Assembly: GCA_964354835.1 (NCBI GenBank)
Contig: CAYHBF010000050.1
Coordinates: 1-34,342, forward strand
Length of the DNA: 34,342 bases
Source of the DNA: an uncultured Candidatus Saccharibacteria bacterium
GTDB lineage: Bacteria > Patescibacteriota > Minisyncoccia > Minisyncoccales > CAYHBF01
Direction: 5' to 3'
Shown here: positions 10,077 to 18,887 of the stretch, piece by piece
Numbering within the stretch: position 1 is the first letter of the stretch
How the letters are laid out: each line of letters opens with the position of its first letter
Program-made: the position numbers and the translations under genes
The notes under the pieces: generated by a model
The model's database searches: none
What the model saw: only the letters and a program-made list of their open reading frames with translations
What the model was told of the DNA's origin: nothing

Positions 10077-11198
10077 ATGAGAACAGGAATTGCTACATTA
10101 CCGCTTGATTACGGGAGATGTCCGCGGTGGTTGTTTGAAAGGATAAAAAAATTAACGAGAGGAATCACAATAGCGCTTATTGATGAATTCGGTCCAGAAG
10201 AGTTTTTAAAACGACTCAGTGACCCAGTTTGGTTTCAAAGTTTAAGTTGTGTAGTTGGTATGGATTGGAATTCGTCGGGGACCACCGCTATTACCCTCGG
10301 TGCTCTTAAAGCTGGTCTTTTTGAAATTCAAGATAGATTAGGTATATATGTTTGCGGAGGGAAAAGAACATCAAGAGAGACGCCAAAAGAAATTGAAGCT
10401 TATGGTATCTCTCGGCAGTTTTCTTTTGCCCCGAATTTAATTTATGCCTCAAAAATGGCAGCTAAAGTTGATTCCTCTTTAATTCAGGCCGGCTACCAGA
10501 TTTATCAGCATAATTTTATTTTTACCGCATCCGGCAATTGGGCGGTGGTTCAACAGGGAATGAATACCGAAAACCAAACAGCCAGGCGCTACCACTGGCT
10601 TTCTTCAGTGCTTCGGCATACTCGGGGTAAAAAAGATTTTATTGAAGAACCTCATTCGGGAATTATTTCGGAACTAAAAGGAAAACCATTAAATTTGACA
10701 GCTAAAAAAAGTGAAGACAACCGGGTTGTTTCTTTGGAACTAGCCAAAGAAACCCCAAAAACCTTTTTAAAAGATTTAGATTTGATCCAGGCCAAAAAAG
10801 AAAAAAACCTTACCGAAATCTCGCTTCAGGATAAAGAATTTTACTGGCATCCGGTGGTGGAAGAAAAATTTGATTTAAAAAGATTGGAAAAAACCATTTT
10901 TTCCACCAAAGAAAAAGACCCCGAAGATTTTGAAGCATTATTGTCTTTAAAAGGAATAGGGCCAAAGACAGTCAGAGCCTTATCTTTGGTGGCAGAGATA
11001 ATTTACGGCGCCAAACCTTCTTACGAAGACCCGGCCAGATATACTTTTTCTGTTGGAGGAAAAGACGGCACTCCCTATCCGGTAGATCGAGAAACATACG
11101 CTAAAACTTTAGAAATAATTAATAAAGGTATTTTAAAGAGCCAAGTATCAATACGTGAAAAAGTCGAAGCCCAGAGAAGATTAACTAAAACTATTTGA
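10077..11198 (+). CDS. DUF763 family protein (archaeal/CPR type, C-terminal HhH-like region)
   Basis: N-terminus ATLPLDYGRCPRWLFERI...LSDPVWFQSL..GMDWNSSGTT matches my recollection of DUF763. A LKGIGPKTVRAL helix-hairpin-helix is present. Confidence 0.7.
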   Translation: MRTGIATLPLDYGRCPRWLFERIKKLTRGITIALIDEFGPEEFLKRLSDPVWFQSLSCVVGMDWNSSGTTAITLGALKAGLFEIQDRLGIYVCGGKRTSRETPKEIEAYGISRQFSFAPNLIYASKMAAKVDSSLIQAGYQIYQHNFIFTASGNWAVVQQGMNTENQTARRYHWLSSVLRHTRGKKDFIEEPHSGIISELKGKPLNLTAKKSEDNRVVSLELAKETPKTFLKDLDLIQAKKEKNLTEISLQDKEFYWHPVVEEKFDLKRLEKTIFSTKEKDPEDFEALLSLKGIGPKTVRALSLVAEIIYGAKPSYEDPARYTFSVGGKDGTPYPVDRETYAKTLEIINKGILKSQVSIREKVEAQRRLTKTI

Positions 11199-11213
11199 GC
11201 TTAATAAAAATAT

Positions 11214-12365
11214 ATGAAAAAAAATTTAATCACATCAGAATCAGTTTGTCCGGGTCATCCGGATAAAATAGCCGATCAGATTGCCGACGCAATCTTAGAC
11301 GCAATAATAAAAGATGATAAATATTCAAGAGTGGCCTGCGAAGTTTTTATCAGCAAGGGTTACGTAATTGTTGGGGGAGAAATAACCACCAAAACCTGGG
11401 TCAATACGAATAATTTAGTCAGAAAAGTGATTCAAGATATCGGCTACATAAAGCCCGAATACGGTTTTGATTGTCAAGCAGTAGCGGTATTAAACACAAT
11501 TTCTGAACAATCTCCCGATATTGCCAGGGGGATAAGAAAAACGGCGACAGAAAAACAAGGAGCCGGAGACCAAGGTTTTTCAATTGGGTATGCCTGCAAA
11601 GAAACCACCGAACTGATGCCTTTGCCGGTAATGCTGGCTCATAAATTAGTAATGAAGTTAGCTGAAGTCAGAAAAAATAAAATTTTGCCTTATTTAAGGC
11701 CGGATGGAAAATCCCAGGTTACCATTGAATATCAAAATGGGATTGTAAAAAGATTAGATAATGTAGTGATTGCTGCCCAGCATGACCCCGATATCTCTTT
11801 ACCCCAGATTAGAAAGGACATTATTAAAAAGGTAATAATTCCAGTTTGTGGAAAATTTTTAGACAGAAGAACGAAGTTTTATATTAATAATACCGGCCGT
11901 TTTGTTATCGGAGGGCCGGCTTCCGATACCGGAATGACCGGTAGAAAAAATGTTGTTGATGCTTATGGAGGATTAGTTCCAATCGGCGGGGGCAGTTTTT
12001 CTGGCAAGGATCCAACCAAAGTTGACAGGTCGGGCGCCTATATGGCTCGCTATATCGCTAAAAATATTGTGGCTGCAAATATGGCCGAGAAATGTCAGGT
12101 TCAATTGGCCTATGTTATTGGCGGAACCAGGCCCATTGAGATAAACGTAGATACTTTTGGGACGGGGAAAATTTCGGAAACAAAATTAATTAGGATTATC
12201 CCCAAAATTTTTGATTTATCACCAGGTGGAACAATCAGACAATTAAATCTCTTAAGGCCTATTTATCGGAAAACCGCCTGCTATGGACATTTTGGCAGGG
12301 AAGAGCCGGAATTTACCTGGGAGAGAAAAGATAAGGTTAAAGAATTAAAAAGGTTGTTATATTAA
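11214..12365 (+). CDS. metK: S-adenosylmethionine synthetase (bacterial type)
   Basis: [29 protein letters not shown] and [19 protein letters not shown]. Confidence 0.95.
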   Translation: MKKNLITSESVCPGHPDKIADQIADAILDAIIKDDKYSRVACEVFISKGYVIVGGEITTKTWVNTNNLVRKVIQDIGYIKPEYGFDCQAVAVLNTISEQSPDIARGIRKTATEKQGAGDQGFSIGYACKETTELMPLPVMLAHKLVMKLAEVRKNKILPYLRPDGKSQVTIEYQNGIVKRLDNVVIAAQHDPDISLPQIRKDIIKKVIIPVCGKFLDRRTKFYINNTGRFVIGGPASDTGMTGRKNVVDAYGGLVPIGGGSFSGKDPTKVDRSGAYMARYIAKNIVAANMAEKCQVQLAYVIGGTRPIEINVDTFGTGKISETKLIRIIPKIFDLSPGGTIRQLNLLRPIYRKTACYGHFGREEPEFTWERKDKVKELKRLLY

Positions 12366-12374
12366 ACTCAGTCT

Positions 12375-13199
12375 ATGTTAGACAGAAGAAAAAAATACCT
12401 CCAAATTGCTTTTAATCGTACTTTGGAGGAAATAGCGGCGATGATTGGTTCTCTGCCCCTATCCGACCGAATTATTATTGAAGCTGGATATCCCCTGATT
12501 AAGACTTACGGGGCTCGGGCAATTGGAGAAATAAAATCTTTTTGGGGACAAAGAATTTTTGGTTATATTTCTGGCGCGCCTCAGGCGCAACCTTTTCATT
12601 TACAAAACATTAATTCTCTCTTCAAATTAAATTCTCCTTTGATAGAATTATTATTAAAATCAACAGAAAAGAAAAAAATAAAAAGAGGAAGGGCTGAAGA
12701 AATCAAAGAGGCTACTTTTAATCCCTACATTATCGCCGATCTTAAATGTATGGACAGGGCTTTTACCGAGGTTGAGGCGGCTGCTTCGGCTGGAACGTCG
12801 GCTGCAACCTGTTTAGGGCTTGCACCCACAGAAACTATAAATCAGTTTATAAAAAGATGTGAAGAAATTGAAATTGATTCCATGCTTGACATGATGAACG
12901 TTGAATATCCATTCGAGGTTTTGAGCAAGCTCAGAAAGCCTCCCACAATAGTGATGTTGCATCGGGGCGTTGACGAAGGCGAAGAAAATAAAGAAAAAGA
13001 AATTCCTTACCACGAAATAGAAAGAATAAAAAGCACCTACGATAATATTTTGATTGCCGTAGCCGGAGGGGAAACAATTAACGAGGTTATAAGGGGCGCT
13101 TTTAATGGAGCTGACATTATAGTGGTTTGGAGGCTATTTAACGAAACTCCAGAAAAAATTACCGCAGTAGCTAATAAATTTTTAGAGGAAACAAAGTAA
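12375..13199 (+). CDS. HPS/OMPDC-superfamily (ribulose-phosphate-binding barrel) protein, long paralog
   Basis: YLQIAFN, IIEAGYPLIK, IADLKCMD, HRGVDE and VAGGETI. It is collinear with the next gene except for an extra segment of ~56 aa after IKSFW. Confidence 0.6.
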   Translation: MLDRRKKYLQIAFNRTLEEIAAMIGSLPLSDRIIIEAGYPLIKTYGARAIGEIKSFWGQRIFGYISGAPQAQPFHLQNINSLFKLNSPLIELLLKSTEKKKIKRGRAEEIKEATFNPYIIADLKCMDRAFTEVEAAASAGTSAATCLGLAPTETINQFIKRCEEIEIDSMLDMMNVEYPFEVLSKLRKPPTIVMLHRGVDEGEENKEKEIPYHEIERIKSTYDNILIAVAGGETINEVIRGAFNGADIIVVWRLFNETPEKITAVANKFLEETK

Positions 13200-13203
13200 A
13201 ACA

Positions 13204-13860
13204 ATGATTCTAAAAGAGAGACAAAAATATCTTCAGATTGCATTAAACAGCAATCCCTATGAGGCAAAAGAGATTATCACTCATTTGCCATTTTCTGATA
13301 GGATTTTGATTGAAGCAGGTACTCCTTTAATAAAAATATATGGCAGGGCAGCTATTTCAGGAATAAGGTCAGTGGTTCCCCGGAAGACTTATCTTGTAGC
13401 AGATACAAAATGCGCCGATTTGGCATTGCGTGATGTCCAAATGGCTGCCGGGGCCGGAGCCCAAGCTGTTACTTGTCTTGGCGTGGCTCCCGTTGAAACA
13501 ATTGACAGATTTATTGAAGAATGTAAAAAAATGAGGATTGATTCAATGATTGATATGATGAATGTCGAAGATGCGGTTAGTGTTTTGAAAGAATTGAAAA
13601 ATCCTCCCGATGTTGTAATTTTACATCGGGGGGTAGATGAAACTGAATTTTCAAGAGAAAAACAGATTCCTTTTTATCAAATAAATCAGATTAAAAACAA
13701 TTTAGATGTTTTGGTTTCTGTAGCCGGCGGTGATACCATTGATGAAGTTCAGCGAGCCATACTAAACGGTGCCGACATTGTTGTCGTTTGGAAAGCTTTT
13801 TATCAGAGCACCGGCGAGACGGCGAATCTAGCCGAAGAGTTTTTAAAAGAAATTAGATAG
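13204..13860 (+). CDS. HPS/OMPDC-superfamily barrel protein (3-hexulose-6-phosphate-synthase-like), short paralog
   Basis: YLQIALN, LIEAGTPLIK, VADTKCAD, HRGVDE, VAGGDTI and GADIVVV. The layout is HPS-like, but the activity is not proven. Confidence 0.6.
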   Translation: MILKERQKYLQIALNSNPYEAKEIITHLPFSDRILIEAGTPLIKIYGRAAISGIRSVVPRKTYLVADTKCADLALRDVQMAAGAGAQAVTCLGVAPVETIDRFIEECKKMRIDSMIDMMNVEDAVSVLKELKNPPDVVILHRGVDETEFSREKQIPFYQINQIKNNLDVLVSVAGGDTIDEVQRAILNGADIVVVWKAFYQSTGETANLAEEFLKEIR

Positions 13861-13875
13861 TTACCTTTTTAACGT

Positions 13876-14643
13876 TTACTCCTTTTCTTTCTTTTTTCTT
13901 GCTTCAGTTAGAGATTTTAAACCATCAAAAATTTCTACTGGCAAGGCAAACACTATCGTTTTAGATGGATCGGGTTGCAATTTGTCAATTGTCTCAAGGG
14001 TTCTTAAGGATAAACCACCCGGGACAGCACTGAGCATTTCCGCTGCTTTTTGCAAATTTTCAGCTGCTTTTACCTCTCCTTCAGCTTTAATAATTATTGC
14101 TCTTCTTTCTCTTTCTGTTTCAGCCTGAGCGGCCATCGCTCTTTTCATTGCTGCCGGCAATTCGATATCTTGGATTTTAATTGCCGTAACGTCAATTCCC
14201 CAAACATTGGTTTCAATATCAACCATCTTTTTTATATCAGCGGCTATTCTTTCCCTCTCAGTTAATAATGTATCAAGCTCCACCCCGCCTATAATATCTC
14301 TCAAGGCGGCTAGAGCATATTGTGAAACCGCATAGGAATAGTTCTCAACCTTTAAAATAGCATCTTCTGCCCTTTCCACTTTAAAATAAACTACAGCATT
14401 TATTCCCACCGGCACATTGTCTTTTGTTATTGCTTCCTGCCTGGGAACGTCCATGGTTGTTATCCTTATATCAACCTTTATCATTCTATCAATGATAGGT
14501 ATAATCCAATTAAGTCCCGGCTGATGCGTGCTATGATATTTCCCTAGTCTTAACACAACTCCTCTTTCATATTGATTAATAAGACGTAGACCAAACAGAA
14601 CTACAAAAACAACAAAAATTAAAAATCCGGTTAAAAATTCCAT
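13876..14643 (-). CDS. SPFH/band-7 (stomatin/prohibitin-like) membrane protein
   Basis: N-terminal TM helix, then the SPFH core (YERGVVLRLGKY...) and an Ala/Glu-rich coiled coil (AMAAQAETERERRA). Confidence 0.9.
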   Translation of the reverse strand: MEFLTGFLIFVVFVVLFGLRLINQYERGVVLRLGKYHSTHQPGLNWIIPIIDRMIKVDIRITTMDVPRQEAITKDNVPVGINAVVYFKVERAEDAILKVENYSYAVSQYALAALRDIIGGVELDTLLTERERIAADIKKMVDIETNVWGIDVTAIKIQDIELPAAMKRAMAAQAETERERRAIIIKAEGEVKAAENLQKAAEMLSAVPGGLSLRTLETIDKLQPDPSKTIVFALPVEIFDGLKSLTEARKKKEKE

Positions 14644-14724
14644 ACTCGAATTAAATTTATTTTATTAATTAGAAAAATCGACCTTTTTTATTATTCTTTA
14701 ATCATAATAACATTTAAAAATTAA

Positions 14725-15270
14725 ATGGGAAAGCTTGAAAAAATAAATCAACAGATTAAAAAATGTAAAAGATGTCCCTTGTGGAAAACTAGAAATAATG
14801 TTGTTCCCGGAGAAGGGTCAGTAAACGATAAAATTATGTTTTTAGGCCAGGCACCGGGAGCTGAAGAAGATAAAACCGGTAAACCTTTTATAGGAAGAGC
14901 CGGTCGGTTTTTGAATCAACTTTTAGAAACCGCAAAAATTAAAAGAGAAAGGATTTTTATAACTTCGCCAATAAAGTGTTTTCCTCCCAAAAATCGAAAA
15001 CCGACTAAAAAAGAAATCGAAGCGTGTTTGCCTTATTTAAAAAAGCAAATTGAAATTATCAACCCGAAAACATTCATTCTATTTGGTGGAGTTGCGTTTT
15101 CAATATTTTTTCCAAAATTGAAATTAAAAGATTTTAGAGGAAAATGGATTAAAAAAGAGAATAAAAAATACTTCATTACTTATCATCCGGCTGCAGGATT
15201 AAGATTCCCAAAAATTAAGAAAATTTTAGAAAAAGATTTTAAACGATTAAAAAATTTTAAATTTTCTTAA
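14725..15270 (+). CDS. Uracil-DNA glycosylase, family 4
   Basis: CKRCPL, GQAPGAEEDKTGKPFIGRAG and HPAAGLR motifs. Confidence 0.85.
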   Translation: MGKLEKINQQIKKCKRCPLWKTRNNVVPGEGSVNDKIMFLGQAPGAEEDKTGKPFIGRAGRFLNQLLETAKIKRERIFITSPIKCFPPKNRKPTKKEIEACLPYLKKQIEIINPKTFILFGGVAFSIFFPKLKLKDFRGKWIKKENKKYFITYHPAAGLRFPKIKKILEKDFKRLKNFKFS

Positions 15271-16912
15271 CCATATAAGTATTTTCTAATTTATATCCTA
15301 ATCTGCGGAAATAACCTCTTGTTCCAACAGCTGAAATTACGGTAATTTTATTCAATTTGAATTCTTTTTTAGTGATTTTCTCTGCTTCTTTAATTAACTT
15401 TTTCCCCAGTCCTTTATGCTGCGGCGAAATTATCGATTTCGTAAATCGATATATAAAAGAGAGTTGCTGGCCGTAGGTGTGAAGTTCGCGGACAATTGCT
15501 GTATTTTGGGCCTCGCCCGTAGGTCTCACTCGTAAGGTTACGACCGAGGGGCTACGGCCGAGGGAAGTAATCCGAAGACGAAGTAAGCTATAAAGTTTTG
15601 TTCTCTGTTTATTTTCAAAACTTAAAAATATTTCTTTTCCCTCCGAGGCGTCGTAATCTTCTCTAAATAAATAAATTTTTTCTTTTGGATTGTATTTTTC
15701 TCTTATCTCTCGGCATCTAATACAGCGGCATCTCCAGTTTTCTTTCTTCATTTTTTCAAGCAATATCTGACGCAAATTAGAAATTTTTGCAGGGCCTGCA
15801 ATAATACTTTTTGAAGGGATGTCTCTGGTAATCCGTTGGATTCTTACATAATAAGGGATTTTCTTTTTAATTGCTTTGATTAAATTTATTAATTGTGATT
15901 GCGTGTAGGGTTTATATTCTCCCGATTTATATAATTTATAAAGAGGAGCTTCTTTCAAAATGGCGCAGGGATAAATTTTTAATAAATCCGGCTGAAAATC
16001 AGGATTTCTGAATAATTCTTCAAACATTTTTTCGTCTCTTGCTGAGCGCCGCAAAGCGGCGCGAGGCGGAAGAAGAGAATTCGCCTCAGCGACCTTTAAG
16101 CTAGAACCGGGTAAATTTGGCATCATTTGATATAAAACTTTAAACCCCGCCTCTTTTAAAAGTTTGGTAGCAAAAATTGTTTCTTTTACTCCGTGCCCTC
16201 TTAAATTTAACTTTAAAACATCATCATAAATATTTTGAACTCCGAGTTCAACCATTGTCACGCCTAACTCTCTTAATCTGTTAATCTCATTTTTGTTAAT
16301 AAAATCAGGTCTGGTTTCGACAGATAGACCGACAATCCGACAGTTTGCTTTTTCGTTTGACTTTTGAGCTTCTTTCAGGTCTTTTCTTATTGTTTTGTTG
16401 CAAGCGTCAAAACACCTTTTTACAAACCAGGTTTGATATTTTTTAAGATAGTAACTCCAGGTTCCTCCCACTATTCTTAATTCAATTTTGTCTGTAGGGT
16501 GGCCTTCATTTTTCAGCATTTCTATTCTTTTTTGAACCTGTAAATAAGGGTCATAATTTAACTTTTTTGCTCTTTCTACGGCTGGTTCTCCCGAAACATA
16601 ACTTTTTGGGATACCTTTTTCAATTGGGCAGTAGAGACATTTTCCCGGACAGGGATAAGGCTTTGTTAAAACCGAAATATTAACGATACCCGAAAGCGAA
16701 CGAATCGGCCGAGTTTTAAGTAAATTTTCAGCTTTTTCATTATTTTTAATACTTTTATTTTTAAGCAATTCATGATAAGCTTTTAATAGTTCAATATTGC
16801 TCGGACAAGAAATTTTATATTTTTTTGCCACCATTCTCTTAAAGAAAGCCAAATCAGCCTGATTTTTTATTCGGCTCTTAATTAAATCTATAATTATATT
16901 TTTTTTAATCAT
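15257..16912 (-). CDS. elp3: Elp3-family radical SAM + GNAT enzyme (tRNA U34 cm5 modification type)
   Basis: PYPCPGKCLYCP cluster region, a radical SAM core, and a C-terminal GNAT (VRELHTYG...HKGLGKKLI). I chose the ATG at 16912 (MIKKN...) rather than the TTG at 16951 in the ORF track. There are two GC-rich in-frame inserts. Confidence 0.88.
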   Translation of the reverse strand: MIKKNIIIDLIKSRIKNQADLAFFKRMVAKKYKISCPSNIELLKAYHELLKNKSIKNNEKAENLLKTRPIRSLSGIVNISVLTKPYPCPGKCLYCPIEKGIPKSYVSGEPAVERAKKLNYDPYLQVQKRIEMLKNEGHPTDKIELRIVGGTWSYYLKKYQTWFVKRCFDACNKTIRKDLKEAQKSNEKANCRIVGLSVETRPDFINKNEINRLRELGVTMVELGVQNIYDDVLKLNLRGHGVKETIFATKLLKEAGFKVLYQMMPNLPGSSLKVAEANSLLPPRAALRRSARDEKMFEELFRNPDFQPDLLKIYPCAILKEAPLYKLYKSGEYKPYTQSQLINLIKAIKKKIPYYVRIQRITRDIPSKSIIAGPAKISNLRQILLEKMKKENWRCRCIRCREIREKYNPKEKIYLFREDYDASEGKEIFLSFENKQRTKLYSLLRLRITSLGRSPSVVTLRVRPTGEAQNTAIVRELHTYGQQLSFIYRFTKSIISPQHKGLGKKLIKEAEKITKKEFKLNKITVISAVGTRGYFRRLGYKLENTYMVKKI

Positions 16913-17618
16913 GGACAGAGAATACGCCGAATATTTATTAAAGAAAACCAAAGAAGATTATAATTTAATTGCCGAAGATTTTTCAAATAAACGGGAGAAT
17001 ATTTGGGAAGAAACGAAGTTTTTGTTCGACAACTATTTATCTAAAGAAATGAGAGTTTTAGATTTAGGATGCGGCAACGGCAGATATTACCCCGTTTTTA
17101 AAGCAAAAAAAATTAATTATTCGGGAATAGATAATTCTGAACGATTGATAAACATAGCAAAAGAAAAGTATCCCGAAGCAAAATTTCAATTAGGAGATGC
17201 TTTAAATATACCATTTTCAGATAATTTTTTTGATAGAGTCTATAGTATTGCTGTTTTGCACCATATTCCTTCAACAGAGTTGAGAACTCAGTCATTAAAG
17301 GAAATAAGAAGGGTTTTAAAAAATAACGGGCTTTTAATTTTGACTGTTTGGAAATTTCACGAACTGAAAGAATTCTATTTTTTAATCAAGTATACGATTT
17401 TGAAATTAATAATGAAATCAAAATTAGACTGGAATGATGTTTTTGAACCTTGGGGTAGGAAAGCACAGAGATATTATCACTGTTTTTCCCGAAAAGAATT
17501 AGAAAAATTAGCAATGGAAGCGGGATTTAAAATTAAAAAGATGGGAATTATAAAAAATCAAAAAGGGAACCGAAAAAATATTTATTTAGTCGCCCAAAAA
17601 ATTGCCCCCATAGCTTAA
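16911..17618 (+). CDS. Class I SAM-dependent methyltransferase, Trm9/ALKBH8-MTase-like
   Basis: YNLIAEDFSNKR, LDLGCGNGRY, SIAVLHHIPS..R, RVLKNNGLLILTVW and NDVFEPW parallel my recollection of yeast Trm9 blocks (VYNEIAPHFSQTR, DVGCGNGKY, SIAVVHH, DVFVPW). Confidence 0.7.
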   Translation: MDREYAEYLLKKTKEDYNLIAEDFSNKRENIWEETKFLFDNYLSKEMRVLDLGCGNGRYYPVFKAKKINYSGIDNSERLINIAKEKYPEAKFQLGDALNIPFSDNFFDRVYSIAVLHHIPSTELRTQSLKEIRRVLKNNGLLILTVWKFHELKEFYFLIKYTILKLIMKSKLDWNDVFEPWGRKAQRYYHCFSRKELEKLAMEAGFKIKKMGIIKNQKGNRKNIYLVAQKIAPIA

Positions 17619-17622
17619 CGGA

Positions 17623-17733
17623 CCCCGTACTAAAATTTGTCCCCGTAGTTCAATTGGATAGAACGTCTCCCTCCGGAGGAGAAGATTGACTGTTCGAATC
17701 AGTCCGGGGACACACAACAAATTTAGTACGGGG
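17623..17733 (+). repeat. Inverted repeat bracketing the tRNA (leader/trailer helix)
   Basis: CCCCGTACTAAAATTT (17623-17638, abutting the tRNA 5' end) is complementary, apart from one extra A, to AAATTTAGTACGGGG (17719-17733). Confidence 0.75.
17639..17712 (+). tRNA. tRNA-Arg (anticodon CCG)
   Basis: Hand-folded 74-nt cloverleaf: acceptor GTCCCCG/CGGGGAC, D stem GTTC/GAAC, anticodon stem TCTCC/GGAGA with loop CT-CCG-GA, T arm GACTG-TTCGAAT-CAGTC, discriminator A. No CCA is encoded. Confidence 0.9.
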
Positions 17734-17826
17734 CAGGTGCCGCGCATCCCATAAATTGAAATCGGAGTTTACCTCGTACCAAGTTTACTCTGGTGCGGGG
17801 TTCGATTCGGAGTGGGGACACAAATT

Positions 17827-18585
17827 ATGGAGACACCAGTCATTATTAAAAATAAAAACAGGAAACAGTTAATAGGAATATTACATTTTCCTAAGGGAAA
17901 GAAAAAATTTCCTTTAGTTATCTTTTGCCACGGTTTCGGAGGAACAAAAACGAGGAGAAAATATGTGAGATTAGCCAGGGCTTTAGAAAAAGCTGGTATT
18001 GCGTCTTTTCGCTTCGACTTTGAAGGATGTGGTGATTCAGAAGGAGATTTTGAAAAAATGAATGTAAAAAAAGAAGTTTCCGATTTGGATTCGGTCGTAA
18101 AATATTTTTTAAAACAAAAAAATGTAGACAAAAACAAAATATCATTTCTCGGGAACAGCCTAGGTGCCGCAGTTTGTGTTAATTACATTATTCAGAATAA
18201 TTTTCCAGTAAGGGCTATAGTGTTTTGGGCACCGGCTTTAAATGAAGAAAAATTATTCTCTGCTTGGCGTACAAAAACTAATTTTAAAAAATGGGGGGAA
18301 AAAGGATATCTCATTGTAAAAGAAGATAAGATTGGCGCAATTTTTTTAAAAGAGAACGAAAAGAAAAACTATTCCGAATTTCTTCCACAAATTAAAGTAC
18401 CCATTTTAATAATTCATGGGGAAAAAGATGAGGCGGTCCCTTTTGATTTTTCTAAAAAATTAGTTAAAGATTACAAAAATATAAAATTGTTTTCCATTCC
18501 AAAAGCTAATCATAAGTTTGAAGATTATTATTCCCAACAAAAATTGGTAAACAAAACCGTAAATTGGTTTAAAAAATATAAATAA
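17827..18585 (+). CDS. Alpha/beta hydrolase (BAAT/dienelactone-hydrolase-like)
   Basis: HGFGG oxyanion region, nucleophile elbow GNSLGA, IHGEKDEAVP and ANHKF. I chose the ATG at 17827 rather than the GTG at 17812. Confidence 0.8.
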   Translation: METPVIIKNKNRKQLIGILHFPKGKKKFPLVIFCHGFGGTKTRRKYVRLARALEKAGIASFRFDFEGCGDSEGDFEKMNVKKEVSDLDSVVKYFLKQKNVDKNKISFLGNSLGAAVCVNYIIQNNFPVRAIVFWAPALNEEKLFSAWRTKTNFKKWGEKGYLIVKEDKIGAIFLKENEKKNYSEFLPQIKVPILIIHGEKDEAVPFDFSKKLVKDYKNIKLFSIPKANHKFEDYYSQQKLVNKTVNWFKKYK

Positions 18586-18593
18586 GAATGCTC

Positions 18594-18621
18594 TTGACAG
18601 GAATTCGTACTTCGTTATTAT
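18594..18621 (+). promoter_or_regulatory. Candidate promoter of the orphan small RNA
   Basis: TTGACA (18594-18599), 16-nt spacer, TATTAT (18616-18621). Confidence 0.5.
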
Positions 18622-18627
18622 CTAAAT

Positions 18628-18789
18628 CGAGGGGGTGCGAGTATTTTTGCTCTAAGGACACGGTACTTAACGAAGGAGGTTAAAGCAATTGCCTGGCTAT
18701 GTCCAAACCCAGAGAGCTTAGTTAATCCGATTTTGTTAAGACTGAGCCCCCTCACTAAACCCCGCTAGAGAAATCCTCTAGCGGTTTTT
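18628..18789 (+). ncRNA. Stand-alone structured small RNA (~160 nt), class unresolved
   Basis: It has its own promoter-like element. The termini pair (GAGGGGG...CCCCCTC), and nested helices GCTCT/AGAGC and GGACA/TGTCC are present. A perfect 9-bp terminator stem CCGCTAGAG/CTCTAGCGG followed by TTTTT ends it. No ORF. Confidence 0.5.
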
Positions 18790-18834
18790 AGTTGAAATAA
18801 TTTTAAAGCAGGTTTATGTTTATAGTTTTCTAAC

Positions 18835-18868
18835 GGGGAAAAATGGGAAACTTTGCTTTCCCCTTTTT
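18835..18868 (+). terminator. Second hairpin + T-run (terminator or attenuator) upstream of the TIGR00725-like gene
   Basis: GGGGAAA...TTTCCCC followed by TTTTT. Confidence 0.45.
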
Positions 18869-18887
18869 AGTTTGTTAAAATATATCT

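Noticed and set aside
17734-17826. A second tRNA gene downstream of tRNA-Arg.
   Set aside because: A T-loop-like GGTTCGATTC and a GGGGACA end are present, but I could not build an acceptor stem, a T stem or an anticodon arm. It is treated as a degenerate remnant or att-like repeat only.
18628-18789. Assigning the small RNA to SRP RNA, 6S RNA, M-box (because MgtC is downstream), ykkC or ydaO.
   Set aside because: By eye, the conserved cores I remember for these families are not present (SRP GGAA tetraloop with AGCAGC, M-box GUUAGGUGAGGCUCC / GCUAAAGCUCUACG, and so on). The class is left open rather than guessed.
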